In this document: in pieces, positions 11,701-26,500 of the stretch
How the letters are laid out: every line of letters begins with the position of its first letter
How positions within the stretch are numbered: position 1 is the first letter of the stretch
Assembly: GCA_951804945.1 (NCBI GenBank)
Contig: OX638153.1
Coordinates: 98,952,001-99,016,000, forward strand
Direction: 5' to 3'
Length of the DNA: 64,000 bases
Source: Podarcis cretensis
Lineage: Eukaryota
The notes under the pieces: model-generated
Databases searched by the model: none
What the model saw: the letters and a program-made list of their open reading frames with translations, nothing else
What the model was told of the DNA's origin: nothing
Position numbers and translations under genes: made by a program

Positions 11701-14700
11701 AAAGGCAAATCTTGCTGGGATTGTTTGCAGGAAGCCAGTATGTAACTCAAATAAAAAGTGCTGATGGCAGGTGGGAGGGAGCTGATGGGAAACTCCTACC
11801 TGCAGCCCAAGGTTGGTGAGGAAATGCAAGCAGCTTCAGACCTGAGGAAAGTTTAATAATAATAATAATAATAATAACAATAACAACTGAACTATAACTG
11901 AACTATAACTGAATTTCCATCAAGCTCCCTTTGTCTGCTGCAGCTCAAGTTCTGACACTGGATCAATGGCGAGAGTCGTGATATAAAACGGTGAAATTGG
12001 CGTGACTGTCGTGGAAAGCATATGTAGGTGTGTTGTATTGGGGCTGCTGCTACAGTCTCCATTTAGAGAATAATCAGGCAAGAAAATGGGGTCTGCTAAG
12101 GGCAGACAGCTTCCTCCTTCTCAAAGGGTTATAACACATCTCAGGCTTGCAAAGTGAGGCCATTATTTTCCCTGTTGTGCGAATGGGGAACTGATGCTGA
12201 TACAGAGTGGCTTTCCGGCAGCCTAGGCTATGCTGCCTCTCATTTGTCAGCTGGTGCCTCAAGCAGCAGTCCCGCATACGCTTTCAGGGACAGTGGCAAA
12301 TTGAGAGAGATTCTAAGAGGAGTATGTAATCAGGGCTCTTCTGGGACGCTGCTGTCCATTACCTGCTAGTCTCTGCCAGCTTTTCAGAGGAAGTACCATC
12401 TGTCTTCCAGTTTATCAACCTGTATGAGAACGGACAGCGGAACACCGACGGCGTCAGTGATCGAGCCATTGCAGAGGCGTGGCTCCAGCACAGCCTGCAG
12501 TTCCATTGCCTGTCAGCTCAGCTGAAGCCTCTGCTTGGGAACAAACAGTACACCAGGAAGTTCTACGCAGGTAAGATGAAACCCGTGCTCTTCCTCTTCT
12601 TTCTCGTGCCATTCTTCTTCTTTCTTGTACTCTGTGGTCAGCACTTGGCAGCCTACAAATAAAAGGCAGCTTTCAGACAGCCACAGGTGGCTTCTCTCTT
12701 CCTCCCCCATCCCCAAAATTGAGGTTAAAGTCCCAGGCTGGCCATGATGGAAAATATTGTTTAAAGGATGTGGAAAGGTCATGGCTCACTGGTAGGTTGT
12801 CTGCTTTGCATGTGGAAGATTGCAATTTCAATCCCCAGCATTTCTACATAGGCCTGAAACTCTGTAGAGCATGGATAGGCAAACTAAGGCCCGGGGCCCA
12901 GATCCGGCCCAATCGCATTCTAAATCCGGCCTGTGGACAGTCTGGGAATCAGCATGTTTTTTCATGAGTGGAATGTGTCCTTTTATTTAAAATGCATCTC
13001 TGTGTTATTTGTGGGGCATAGGAATTCATTCATTCACCCCCCCCAAAAAAAAATAGTCCATCCCCCCAGAAGGTCTGAGGGACAGTGGACCGGCCCCCTG
13101 CTGAAAAAGTTTGCTGACCCCTGCTGTAGAGCCACTGCTGGGCATTGTACTACAATACTACTATTGCCCCGGGATCTTTGGATAAAAGGGCAAAGGAAAA
13201 AGTCACGTCTGTTGCTCCTCAGAATTTTTTGCATGTGCTCCTCTGGAGGTTTCCCAGGAGGGAATGTGCCTCTTAGGCTGAAAAAGGTTTCTCATCCCTG
13301 GGGGGGAAAAACGAAGCAATGAGCTGTGCTGCCTCGTCTATTGTTTCGCATCATGTCTTTTGTAGCTGTTCTTTTGTATTGCTTTCACTTTATTAAAGCT
13401 GCTTCCTTATTTATTTGGCAGTTCATCAATTTTCATATCCTCTTTTTGTGTTTCATATTCATGTTTTTTTAAACATGGATGACCTGGCTAAATTTGTTTT
13501 ACTGAAGTGCAAATCCTCCGCCTAATATTTTTGTTTGATGTCTCATTTCACTCTGTACATTATATATGTGCACATACAAATGCAAACTAATAAATATGTC
13601 TGGAAAAGTAAGCAATAAACATGGGAAAATGCCAAAATACTATAACTGGCCTAAAAATATATATATAAAGAGCTTAACCAGTGACTCAAAAGGTAGTCAA
13701 AGAGGATAAGGCAATTCATGGGTGGCAAGGCTGTGTTCTATCTCCCTTCTCGTAATCAATATGTTCTTAAAACCAGTTACTAGGATTCCCCAGTGGAAAG
13801 AGTGCTGTTGTGCTCATATCCTTTCTTGCCGTCTTCCCAAGAAGTATCAGGTTGCAGAACATTGGACTAGATGTGTTGCTAGCCTGATCTTGCTGGCTCT
13901 TCTTAGCTTCTCTGGCAGCCCATGGTATATCTGAATGTACGAACACACTGTGTGAACAATCCTGTAGTGACCTCTCATGATAGACACTTATGTGTTGTTC
14001 ACTACTCTTGGGTACTTTGGTTGGTCTGATCCTGTGGCCTGCAGGGAGGTTGAAACAGATTCTCTTTCTTCACTGTCTGGGGTGTGCTGAGGTTCCTGGG
14101 GCGAGAGGAAAGGGAAGCAGTTTCCCAAGCTGTAGGGACAGTGTATTGTCTTGTGCTTTCAGCTGTTGAGCTGCAGTCAATGATAGCAGCACATTTAGGC
14201 AGCACATTGCCTAAAAAGAGCTAGTGTAATATGGATAAGAGCACGTAATATGGATAACACTGAAAGTCAAGTACAGGATAGACATGGAAACCTCAAACTC
14301 TGCGCTAAAGATAAACACTTTTAGGTAACTAAATTTCTTTAGAAAAAGGCCTGCATCTCAGTCAAGAAGGAAGTCTTCTCTGTTGGAGACCCAGGCTTAA
14401 TTCTTGCTGAGCTGTAACTATTTGAGACCAAAAACCGAGCAAAAATCCGCATAGAATACTACAGCGTCAAAGACAAGGGTTCTAGTCTAGCCTTCTCCTG
14501 ACATGTTGGTTTTCAGTGTGCAAGGGATATTCCCATTGCATGAGCCCTCATCTGCAGTCTGAAGTGGAGCAGGCTTACCACTTAAGTGAGAACTAGGCCT
14601 ATGGGGCTCTGCTTTTATGGCAAAGAGTAGAAAGAATAAATGCCCAGGAACAAAGGAAACTGCCTTATACCACATCAGACTATTACTCCAGCTAGGCCAG

Positions 14701-15729
14701 AATTAGCTGCTCTGACTGGGAGCAGCTCTTGCAAGGCCATCTGGAAAAGTCTTTCCTTGCCCTACTATCTGAAATCCTTTTAACTGGGACTGAGCCTGGG
14801 ACCTTCAGCATTCAAAGCATGTGATCTACTACTAAGTAATGGGCCCTTTCCTTTGGGCCTTATTCCTTAACTCCCAAACCCTTGCTGGTGCTTTTTTGTA
14901 TCCTCAGCCCCCACATGCTTATGATCACAGCCTGTTGATACAAAGCCTTAAGTGTGTAGAGCTTGTACCATGAAGGCTGGGGAGGTGGGGGGTCCCTTGT
15001 CCTAATTGGCATGCCATGAAGGGAGACATTCAAGAGGCCTTTGTTGTTGTAACACAGCTGCAGAGTCCGTTTCTGCAATTCTTCTGTTGAGATGGAGTGT
15101 CCATGGGTGATGCAACTGTTCAGGAACATACTAGGGGACTGTTCCTGCAAAGGTGGCTTCTTCCATGGCTGTGTCTAATTGTAGGAACTCTCTGGTGACA
15201 GATGTGGCACGAGAATCATTTACACAGGAACCCATCCCTGTTGCACTGCAGTGCAAACTACTAAGTTGTGGAGAAGGCAAGCCTAGAATTCTCCTGCTTG
15301 ACACGATAGGTTTCCACTGTGCAGGGAAGCTGTATCAGCAGGGTTTGGACTCTATGACACCTGGCCAACTCCCTGATTGTATGTCAACTGGGAAGTGCTA
15401 AGTGAGTGAAAAGCAGAGGATACTTGTCCCGACACCTTCATTTAGGTGGCTGTCTGATTTATAACTTGCAAGACGTTTCTGAAGACTGCTGTGCAACCAT
15501 AGAAATCTTTTCCCTGTGAATTCATTGGGCATTGAATGCTTTCTGAGAAGGACTGTAAGACAGTCAAGTTTGAGTTTTAGTAGTTCAGGGCTACTTTTTT
15601 TTTATAAAAGTCTTCAGTAGCATACTGTATGCTTCACCATGTAAAGGAACAATAAGCCAATACTATTGTATTTTAATATTCTGTTGGAAGCTACCCAGAA
15701 TGGCTGGGGAAACCCAGCCAGATGGGTGG

Positions 15730-15775
<46 letters not shown>

Positions 15776-18700
15776 TCAGCCTGAGTTTCCTTTTTCCTTT
15801 TTTTCCTTTTTGCAGACTCAGCATTCCTGCTCAGTGATGCTCATGTGACAGCCATGTTACAGTGCTTGGAGGCTGTCGAACAGAACAACCCCCGGCTGCT
15901 AGCTCAGATAGATGCATCTATGGTGAGAAGGGTCCTCCTTGCTTCTTGTTTGTGTCCCCTCCCCTTTTGCTCATTGCTTCCCTCCTCCCAGATGCTGCTC
16001 TGCTGCTGTCCTGCACACAATATCTCATTCAGGAGCAAGCAGGGGACTCTTGAAGAAGTACCTTGACTGCTTGACCCCAGAGGTAAATGCCCCAGAGCAT
16101 TTGCTGTAGCTCTGCAAAATGGCTGGTCAGGAGGAAATTGCTCAGCCAGCTATATCTGCGAGAAGGCAGACTGCAGTGCTGGTTCAGAAGCATCTGTCAG
16201 GTAGACTGGACCCTGGGGGATTTTCTCCATTGCTTCAGGGTTTGTTATTAGTTGCTCCACTTAGCTTCCAGGCCTGCTTTCAGAAAGAGCCATTCCTGAA
16301 GCCACAGTGGATAAGACATGAGGAAATTACTGGGCTACTTCTAAAGAATAACTGTCAGTGAAATAGCTGCTGGGGAAGTTGTGGGTGACTCTTCTTTCTT
16401 GGAGGTTTGAAAAGAAGCTTGGCCCAGGGATCAGTGAATGTGCTTTAGCTATGTCACCTTGGAGCAGATGTTGGGTTTGATGAGTGGCTTTCCATGGTGC
16501 CAGAAGTCAAGTGAGAGTTCCTCAATAAGATGATCAGCAACGGTTCGCAAACTTCTCTGAAACGCTGCTTGCCCACCTTTCCCTGCAACACATAGCTTTC
16601 TTAGGGCAACACTTAACATGGGACAACAGTGTTGGTGACGCACAGCTGACATGTTAGTGCCCCTAGAATGTGCCCTCTGCAACACCCAGGGATTCCACGG
16701 CAGCTGATCTGGGGTTCACGGGCTGGCTAAATAAATAAATAAATAAATAAATGTGGACCCTGTTCCTTGAATATGGATTGATTCAGATAATCCACTGCAT
16801 TCCTTCCATTTCTGGTTCTATAGCTCTACTTCCTTGTGTATTCCTTGTGCATTAACTAGGTCCTTCTTTCAGTTTGCCAGGAAGAGCGAGTCCTCTGTGC
16901 CTGTGACAAAGAGCCAAAGTCTCACAGCGCTTCCTGGATCCATATGTACCCCTCCAGCTGAATGCACGACCCACCGGTATTTTGGCTCCTTCTCAGGTCT
17001 TTACTCCGCCTCTGCCAGCATTCAAGGTGAAAGCTCTAGCACCTCAAAGTGCAGTAGTTTAGGTTGTGTTTTTCTGTTGCCATTTCTGTTTCTTAAAATA
17101 CTCAAGTCCCTGCTTCCCCTTCTTTCCCCACCTCTTTCCAGACAGGAGACCTTCAAACACTTGGGTTTGCAGTGGCACCAGCCAGCCTCAGGAAAACTCC
17201 CAGTGTGCCTCATCTCATTGGCAGCCGGAGGGCAGGTCCCCCCAGTGGCAAGCCCCTCCTCTCCCACACCTCACCGTCTCCCCCCCAAAAGATGCCTCCC
17301 TTCCTGGCGAGATGAGTGCCAGCACCTCAGCCAATGATGACTCGTGGGCAGCCAGCCAGGATGACACAGACGGGCCAGAATACCTGGCGATTGGGAACCT
17401 GGGCCGGCAGAGTCGGGCTTGTGGTAGCCCAGCCCAGTCCGGCACTTCCACTAGCAACAGTGCTGAGAGCAGCACCTCCAACCTGTTTTCGTCCAGCAGT
17501 TCCCAAAAGCAGGAGTCCGTTTCCTCCTTGGGAGAGCAGGGAGCAAGTGGTGGTAGCAGCAGCAGCAGCCGAGGGATGAGCCTCTTCCGTAGGTCCAGCT
17601 TCTCAGAGGGTCAGACGGCAGCTTCCTATGGGGGGCTCAAGAGGAGCCATGTACGCTCCCATTCAGACACCAACGTGGCCTCTGGGAAAACTCACGGTAA
17701 GGTGTGGGCAAAAGAGTTGGATATCTTACGACTGCTGCTGTTGAGCACAGACTCAGCTGCCTCTGGGAAAACTTTCAACTTCTGTAATGGTCCCTGCCCA
17801 CTTAACAGAAAAGACAGGATTTGCATGAAAGGTGTTACAATGAATGAATAGCACCTACCTTCCCACCCATACTTGCTATAGCTCAGCCTTTTGCAGTGGT
17901 GGTGGGGGGGGGGGAGATCTCTTTGGTTGGTTCCATGGGCCAGGTCCTTATCAGAATCTGCTTTGTGGGCCAAATTTGATGGGTGTTCAGAACCACCCAC
18001 CCGTCAAAATCCCTCGCAGGATTTTGCTCTAGCTCCGAAGAGCAAAAGGCTAAGCTGATCAGTGAAGATTAAATCCTGCTTCCTTGGCTGCAGGATCCTG
18101 TTCCCTACTTGGAACAGGGTGTGCAGCCAACGTAGCATCAAACCCTGTTCTCCTGCCCATCAGCTGACATCATCAGGGGTGTCAGCTGATGGGCAGAGGT
18201 GCGTGGCTTGAGGGAAAATGGTTTTGTGAGCCAAACTGGATTGATCTATGTTGTGGGTGGACCATAGGAAGCCCTTTTCATGGGAACAGAGGAAGTTGCC
18301 TTACATTGACTCAGACTGTTGGTCCATCCAGCTCAGTAATGTCTACATACTGACTGACAGCTCTCCAGGGTTTCTTATGGGGGTTTCTCCAAGCCCTACA
18401 TCTGCATGCAAAGCAGAGGTTGTACCACTGAACTGGTGCCCTTCCTATGGTGTTGTATTAAAGACTAACTCTGAACTGAGTTTTGAAAGGCTTTGTTAAA
18501 GAAGCAGGTCTTGAGGGGAAAGCTAGAAATTTGGTGAACAGAAAGTTGCAGCTGTGTGGCACTTCTCAATACCTTTTAAACCCCCCCCCCCTAAAATGCC
18601 CCCGTCAGTCAACCTAGCTCACCTTTCCCTTTGATTTGTGACATACTTCATAGATGGTCTTAGGGGAGCAGGTAGAAGGAGATCAAGCTGGGAAGATGAG

Positions 18701-20549
18701 CTGTTATAATTATCTATCAGAGAAAAGCAGACAGGGAGCTCCCAAAGCAAGTGCTCAAAATTCATGGCTGAATAATCCATATTTCATGAACCCACTGTTG
18801 CCCATGTCTGCCAGTCACCCTCATCTCCTGTGATGCCCCTTCTCAAATGCTTTCCTTGGCTGCCTTCCCATCCCCTTTCATTTCCAGCAGAAATACCTTG
18901 GCTCTCCTGCCTCTAAAGCAGGAGCCTTACTATTCCCTTGGTTTCCTTTACAGAGCTGTCTGTGACTTTGGTCTTCTAACCACAGCTGTGTGATGATCTT
19001 CCAACACAACTTTGCCTGTTCTCCTTTCCCGCCCTTCAGTTAGAATAATAGAATCATAGAATTGTAGAGCTGGAATGGACCCTGAGGATCATCTAGTCCA
19101 ACCACCTGTAATGCAGGAATATGCAGCTGTCCCATATGGGGATCGAACCTGCAACCTTGGCATTATCAGCACCATGCTCTAACCAGCTGAGCCATCCAAT
19201 TGTGGAAGTCCCTCTCTGGACAACTACAAGATGCCATCTCTCTCCCTTCTTTCACATCCCCCCTGTGCAACATTTGTTTTAACCTTTTAATCCCTGGCCT
19301 CAGTTGCAACTACACCTGAGTACAGGTAATTGCACTTGGTCACATTTGCTTGCTGCTCTTCTCTCTCCCTCTCTTGACTTTCTGGCCGGCATTTGGATTA
19401 TAGGCTCCTTGGAGACAGAGCCCCTCTTACTTGCTCAGGAAATCCTGCTAAGTGCTATGTACACTTAGGCTGCAGAAATAACAAATTGTATGTCAAACTT
19501 CCTTCTCCGCACAGCATTCATATAGCTGCTGATGTAGCCATGGAGATGCAGAGTCACATTGGTAGCCTTTTGTTGAGCTGCTGACCCCTCCCCAGAAATC
19601 TATCATACTACACAAAACACCATTATTCTTTTCCCCACTCAGCCAGTAGTATGTTAACTTTGCCCACATCTACAAGTGCACTTCTTGAGACAGTGAATAT
19701 CATGCTGAGAAAGGGATTGTAAAGCTTCCTGCTACAAGTAGCAAGACGCATTCATAGGCATGGTACCCTCAGTTAATTTACACACACGATAGCAGCCCAA
19801 TTCCTTGACCCCTGCTCTGTGACCGTTGGAAATAAATAAAATCATACCAGCAAATAGCAGAAGAGAGCTGGAGAGTCCTTGTGGCTTGTGAGGGGACCCT
19901 CCCCAGAGCCTGAAGAGGATGTCAATAAGGGCAGAGGAAGCCCTGAAGAGACCTGAGGTGCAGCAGGGCTTTGTTTAGGCTGCTCAGCCTCCCCGCTTAA
20001 TAGCTGACATGTGGGGTAGCGCAGCAGCAGCAGCTGCTTCTGCTTTCTTGTGCATCCTCCGTCCAGCCCCAGAGCTTTAATTCTAGATATTTTGGTCTGG
20101 ATTGGAGAAAGAGCAGTAGACCAGGGGGAACTAGGCATTTAGAAGCTTTTTAGAGGGTGCTGTCCAATTTACGCGATTTCACTTATGCGCACAGGGGCCT
20201 GGAACTATGTACAGGGGGACGCCTGTACTATGCTTAGCATTGGTGTTAATCCCACACTAGTTAGCTGCTCCTTTGCTCAAAATTCTGCAAGATGGACCCA
20301 CAGAGCCTGACTTGCCACCCTAGAGGCCACCACCAGTGTCATGCACCCGATTCCTGCAGTGGCTGCAAGATCACCAGTCTTGGTCACCGTGCTTCTTTAT
20401 AGTATTCTACATGAGCATATTGGTGAGATTGTGAGGGGCTGCTGGAAAAAGGATAATTCTGAGGCCAACAGCAGCCACAGCAAGCGGCAAAGAAAAAGGG
20501 AATTACAATTGGGCAGAAGAACTTGGTGAACCTGAAATGACTGAAAGGC

Positions 20550-20591
<42 letters not shown>

Positions 20592-23500
20592 GAAAATGAC
20601 TCTAAAGTTGGGGGTCCCAAACAAGGCACTCCTTAGCACCATGGCTCCCTGGATTTAATTGTTGTTTTTGCTTTTTGTTTTAAATGGTGCTTTGGACAGT
20701 TGCCTTTTTTGCAGGGGTGGGGGAGTTTGCTTTTTGGGGGGTATAGGTGTTTTGCCTGGTTTTGGTTGGGGAGGGATTCAGGTACCCACAACAGTTTCTT
20801 AGATTCTCAAGTGTGCCCCTGGGCCCCCCAAATTTGGGGCCTTGTTTTGGGATCTCTACTCTGTTGTATTGTTCATGGTATGGGCAATGGCAGAACCTTT
20901 GGAGGTCTTTAAAGGGAGAACAAATACAACGTCTCCAAAGTGTGGCAGACAGGATTCTGCCTTGGTAAGTAACTTTCCTCTCTCTTTTCCTCTCTCTTCC
21001 TTCACGCTCCCTTTTCTGCTTTGCTGCCTGTCCTTAGGGGGGCACAGAGATATCAGCATTATAATAGAAGATCCTGTTGCAGGTTTGGGAGCCAGCACAT
21101 TGCAAACCCCTTCATCAGCATCTTCTGCACTGACTGCAAGGTCTTTGTAAAATAGAAACCCCCTGGTGTCAACCTCAAGAAGCCTCCAACAACTTGAGCA
21201 TTTTGATTTGTAACATTTCTTTTCATCCCATAATGAAGGTTCTTTGGGTGACAAAAGAGTTGTTTTTTTAAACTATTCTTGTTGGCCCATTGTTGGTTAC
21301 TGGGCTGAAAGGTGAGGAAGCTCAGAGGTCTACCTGCCTAGTTTTTAAGGTGTGGTAGGAAGGAGATTCATTCCTGGTGGCTTTTGGCCTGAATTCAGGG
21401 CACTATGTACATACAGGCCTTCCTTATTTGAAGCTACCTGGTGCTACTCAATGTGTGGGTTCTTGTGAAAGGGTCTTGGGGGAGTGTTTTGTGTCCTGCA
21501 GAGTTTGCAGTTCACCATTTTGACCCAAGAAGCCACCATTGCTCAGTTTTTTGGCATGCTCTGAGATGTCCAAGTGCAAAGATCATGGCTTTCCTCTTCT
21601 TGGTGCAACCCATATGGCAAAACTTTTTGATAAAGAGATTTTGGTCTGCATTCGGAGCTTTGTCAAAATTGGTTATGATGCCAAAAGTGTCAATTTATAG
21701 AGTGGTTCTATCCAGTCTAAACAGCTCTGCAAGGACTGCCTCATTTGTTGTATTTTTCCTAGATGAGGAAGACTTCCCTGTAGCTTATATTGGGCAGTGA
21801 TATTTCACATTGCATAGCTGTCACATGCGGGTTCTGCATTGCTTCCTACATGGAAGTGCATTTCATATTGAGGGCTGGGCGGGCAGGAATATAACCTATG
21901 AAGTGGCCCTAAATTGGGCCTGATCTTCTGAGCTATTGAAGTTGACACCAGTGTCTCCCTTGCCTTGTTCAACCCTCTCCTTTGCCATTGCATGTTCTGG
22001 ATGTACACACTCTCAAATGTTGATTTCCCTCCATCACCTTCTTTCCATGCCATTATCAGCTGGGATAAAGCACTAAAACCAGCTGCCGTCCCGTTCAGCC
22101 TTTGTTGCCCCTGGAACTTCAGTTGTTGGGGGAGGTCAAGCCCACGCTCTGGCCCAAGTGATGCAAGCCTTTCCCTATAGTAGCTGTTTCTCAGAGGTTG
22201 CCTTGTTCCTAAACTTGAAATCTAGGTCAGGACAGACTTCTGTGTGTGGTCAGGAAGCTGGAGAACGGCCGCTGTGGACAAGGCCTTGTGACCTGGTCCA
22301 GAGTTTCAGCAGTGACTTCATAGGAATGTTTCAAGAAGGGATAACCACCATAGTATGTAAGTTGATTTTATAGTGGTGCAACAGTCTAAGAAACAAGGAT
22401 AGTTACATTAAAAAAACCAAAAAAACTGAATTATCCAGGTGAAATGTAACTGATGGTCACGCTTCTCTTTCTGTATTGGCATAACCCTCCTCCTCAATGC
22501 CAAGGCTAGATAAAAAGATCTTGAGCTTTTGAGCTGTGCTTTGCCTTTGAGTCTCCAAGGGTAGCAAGAGGCGGGAATTACTGGTAGGCACTGGTGATCC
22601 CCAGGAACATTTAGTTTCAGAAATGGTAATGTGACGTGGCCATGTGGGTGAAGGTGGTCCCTGGTAGTTGAGCTCAAACCATTCAGCACTTTATAGATGT
22701 AAAACAGCATAGTTTAATTGTTCGCCAAGGATTCAGTGCATATTTTGGAGCAGCCTTCATAGTACTGTAAGTAGCTGAAGCTTCTGGAGAATCATCAAGC
22801 CAAGCTTTGCAACAGAGTGCTTTACGGTGGTCTCACAGAAAAGCTTTTATTATGGCACTCAGTAGACAACAACTTGCCTATGTTTGCCTCGGGGAGGGAT
22901 GGGGAACCTGTCAGGTGCTGCTGAACTCCCAACATCCCTAATCATGGATCAGGCTAGCAGAGGCTGATGGAAGCTGGTCTCCTAAATACACTGGAGGGCC
23001 ACAGGTTAAATTGGGATACTGAACCTGACTCTCTCCAAGATCCAATCCTGATATCTATTGGCACCAGTTGTGAAGACAGATCTAGACTAGCTTGTTAGAA
23101 TACCCCCCTGCTTGAACACATGCATGATTTCTGCTACTGTCCATGAAAGTTCACCCCTCAGCCTGCCTGCCTTCAATGGTTCCTTCTGGGCTCCTGTTTG
23201 CCCAAATGTTCCCGCACCTTCCATCTTGTTGACTTTATTTTTTTCATGTATTTCACGATGTATCACTTTGTCCCATTTAATTCTGTTCATGCCCTGCCCT
23301 GTGGCTCGTTCTGATCATGGCGATTGACTCCATCTTTCTTTATATTATCCCTAGAGTCCAGTGGAGACATTTCCAGGTTTCAAGGCAGCATGTCCCGCTC
23401 AATGCAGAGCAGCCAGATGAGCACCCCTGGATCTGTTTACATGGAATACGGTGAGCACTGTAGGGCTTTCGTTGGGTTATTTTTTGCCTGTTGGAGTTGG

Positions 23501-26500
23501 GCATCAGCATGGTGTGTGAGCCTTTTCCGGTTTTTGATGCAGGTTTTTGCTAAGAGCTGTGCCCCTCCAGCTTCAAATGGCCTTCAGCAGGGGTAGCCAA
23601 TGTGGTGCACCCCCCATTTGTCATTAGACTACAACTCCCATCACCCCTGGCCATTTGCCATGCTGGCTGGAGCTGATGGAAGTTGGAGTCCAACAAAATC
23701 TGGAAGGTACCACATTGGCTACCCAAGGCCTGTTGACGACAGAGAAGCAGGAGCTAGAGCCAGCACAGACCTTGCGAGGTTTTCCAAATGACTTTGCATC
23801 TTCCACCGTTCCCAAAGGATTCTGACTGCCCTAGTCCTGCGTGAGCCACCCCTTGACAAAGTTCATAGGAATGGAACAGTAATTTTCCTTTAACTTTTCT
23901 TTCTCCATCAGATACCGGGCAGTATCTAAGCTCTGGGGAAGGGATGTTCCGGAGGCCCTCAGAAGGCCAGTCCCTGATAAGTTACTTGTCAGAGCAAGAT
24001 TTTGGCAGCTGTGCAGACTTGGAAAAGGTAGGCAATAGGAGAAGTGAAATGTGAGATTAGCAGGGAGCTTGCATGAAATAGTGAGAGAAAAAACACAGAG
24101 AGCAGTGACTCCCAGGTTATATGGCCAGTGCCTGGGCGGGTGTGTAGCTGCCTGGGAACCATATATATGCTTGGGGTCTCTTGCTTGTCTAAGATGACAG
24201 GAATGTCTTTGGCACTCAATTATTTCAGGCAGTATCAATTCCTTACACCTCATAAGATTCCTGAGAGGGTGAGGAAGGGCTGCAGACCATCTCGGTCATC
24301 TGATCCCCAAGGCCTTTCTATTCCTGTTAGGTCGATAAGCGGGCTGAGGTCCAGCAGTATTGAAATGTAAGCTAGAGAGAGAGGATAGTGATCACTTTCT
24401 TTGTGGTCCAAAGTATCTATTTATGTGATACAGGCAATTAAGCGAAGGGCTGACAATAAAATAATCAACACTAGCCCCCAAGTTAGCAGTGTTTTAAACA
24501 TGCGCTCTTTTTAAGGATCCTCGTGAAAAATATTTCTCAGAGTTTAATGTCGGGAATAATTTTATTTCTGTTGGTTTGTTTTCTGAGAACTATGTGATCT
24601 GTGTGTTTCCTAATTTGCATTGGCAGACAGGAAACTTAACTTTGTGGCTCACTTTTGATTGTTCCATTTGTTTTTGTTATGACATTGAGCTAAACAGCAA
24701 AATGATTACTAATGCGGTTGATAGACAAGTTCTGGCCTTGGCAATTTTTTTTAATGCAACATTTAAAAACTCGCTCCCCCAACCATAAGGGCTAAAAAAA
24801 TATTTGCTTGCTGCATTTCCACCAACCCACAGATTTCTGTGCGCATCCATATTCTACAACAGTGTAGATTTTGCACACGGCTGCCAAAGTTTTTTTTTTT
24901 TTTTTTTTTTTTTACCGGGCTTGAGTATTGAAAGATATTTAGACTGTCATGCTACCTGCCCCCCCCCACCCCCCTCAAACCCATTGTCTCTTTCTCGAGA
25001 GAACTTCTCCCTCCTTTTGAGTCTTGTGCAAAACTTAACGCTGCTGCTTCTCCTCTTCCCTTCACCCCAGGAAAATGCTCACTTCAGCATCTGCGAGTCG
25101 CTCATTGCTGCCATTGAGCTGATGAAGTGCAACATGACGAACAGGCAGCTGGAAGAGGAGGAGGAGGACAGTGACAAGGAGATCCAGGAGCTCAAACAGA
25201 AAATCCGCATCCGCCGACAACAGATCAGGACGCGGCACCTGCACCCAGCATACCCGGAGATCAGCTCAGACAGTGGGTGCTTCCTTCCAGCTCTTCCTTT
25301 TGCTGTGTTGAAAGCTTCTTTGGGGATTTAAGTGACTGTGGATCCCTGAGGCTATTTCCGAGGGTGCAGATCCCGGATAGTGCCACAGCTTGATATCCTC
25401 TTGCCAAAGAAACCTTTATTCTTGTGCCAATTCAGCAAGATTAATGAATGGCCTTCTGCTTCTTATCATGTCAGAGCATGAATGAATTGCACTGAAGCTT
25501 TCCTTCCTGACCCCCTGGAAGTGCGGTTCAATCCGGGTGTTGTTTTTCAGGATCTATCCTTGGTAGAAGCTGGCAACGAAAAGGAGATAGAAATGAGACT
25601 CCTGGGGCGAGGGGGGGGGGCGACTAATGTCTATGTTCCATACCAAATTCCACCCTAGTGTAGTGCAGATTACGGCTTTGTTTGTGTGTGCAGCATCTGA
25701 GGATCACAAAACACCTAGAGGGTTTTAGCCTTGTCTTTTAGTTTTGTCATAGGAGTCAATGGCTGGAGCAGGAAGTGGCTGGAGGAGGAAGTGGACTGCT
25801 GGAAATCTAACTCTCCCCCACTCAGGGCATCCTTGCTTCCTTCATCTCCTTTTTAAAGAAGTCAGCAAGGAGGCTCATGGTAACAGATTCATGTGAATGA
25901 GGACGAAAGGAGGCAGTCTGATAAGATGGAAAAAGCTTTATGTGCATTTCAGGCAGAAAGAGGAACTTTTTTCTCTGGGACTTACTCAGAAGGGACTGGT
26001 CAACCCAAGCAAGCAAGAAGACCTATACATGGGCCATGCTGATCTTGTACTCTGCAAGTTTATCCCTACACTCAGCTGGCACTTAAGTTGAGCTCTGTCC
26101 TGTTGCAATAGAAATAAACATTGGGTCCCTCCTGGATGCTGGATTTGAGAATAGTTTCCTTAGTTCTGTGGTTTATTTAAAAGGTGGTTTCGCACTTGGG
26201 TAACAAACAAAGTGGTGTAGAAGTGAATTCTTACCACATGTGTATCCTGGATTACCCCCAGAAGGAGCTGTTTTGGATAATAATAATAATACATTATTTA
26301 TACCCCGCCCATCTGGCTGAGTTTCCCCAGCCACTCTAGGCAGCTTCCAATCGAGTGTTAAAAACAAAATAGCATTAAATATTAAAAACTACCCTAAACA
26401 GGGCTGCCTTCAGATGTCTTTTAAAGAGAAGATAGCTGCTTATTTCCTTCACATCTGAAGGGATGGAGTTCCACAGGGCGGGTGCCACTACAGAGAAGGC

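Noticed and set aside
8062-19200. Inverted tRNA-SINE pair around the RUBCN RUN-domain exons
   Set aside because: The copies are short, visibly diverged and 11 kb apart; much weaker than the Sauria pair.
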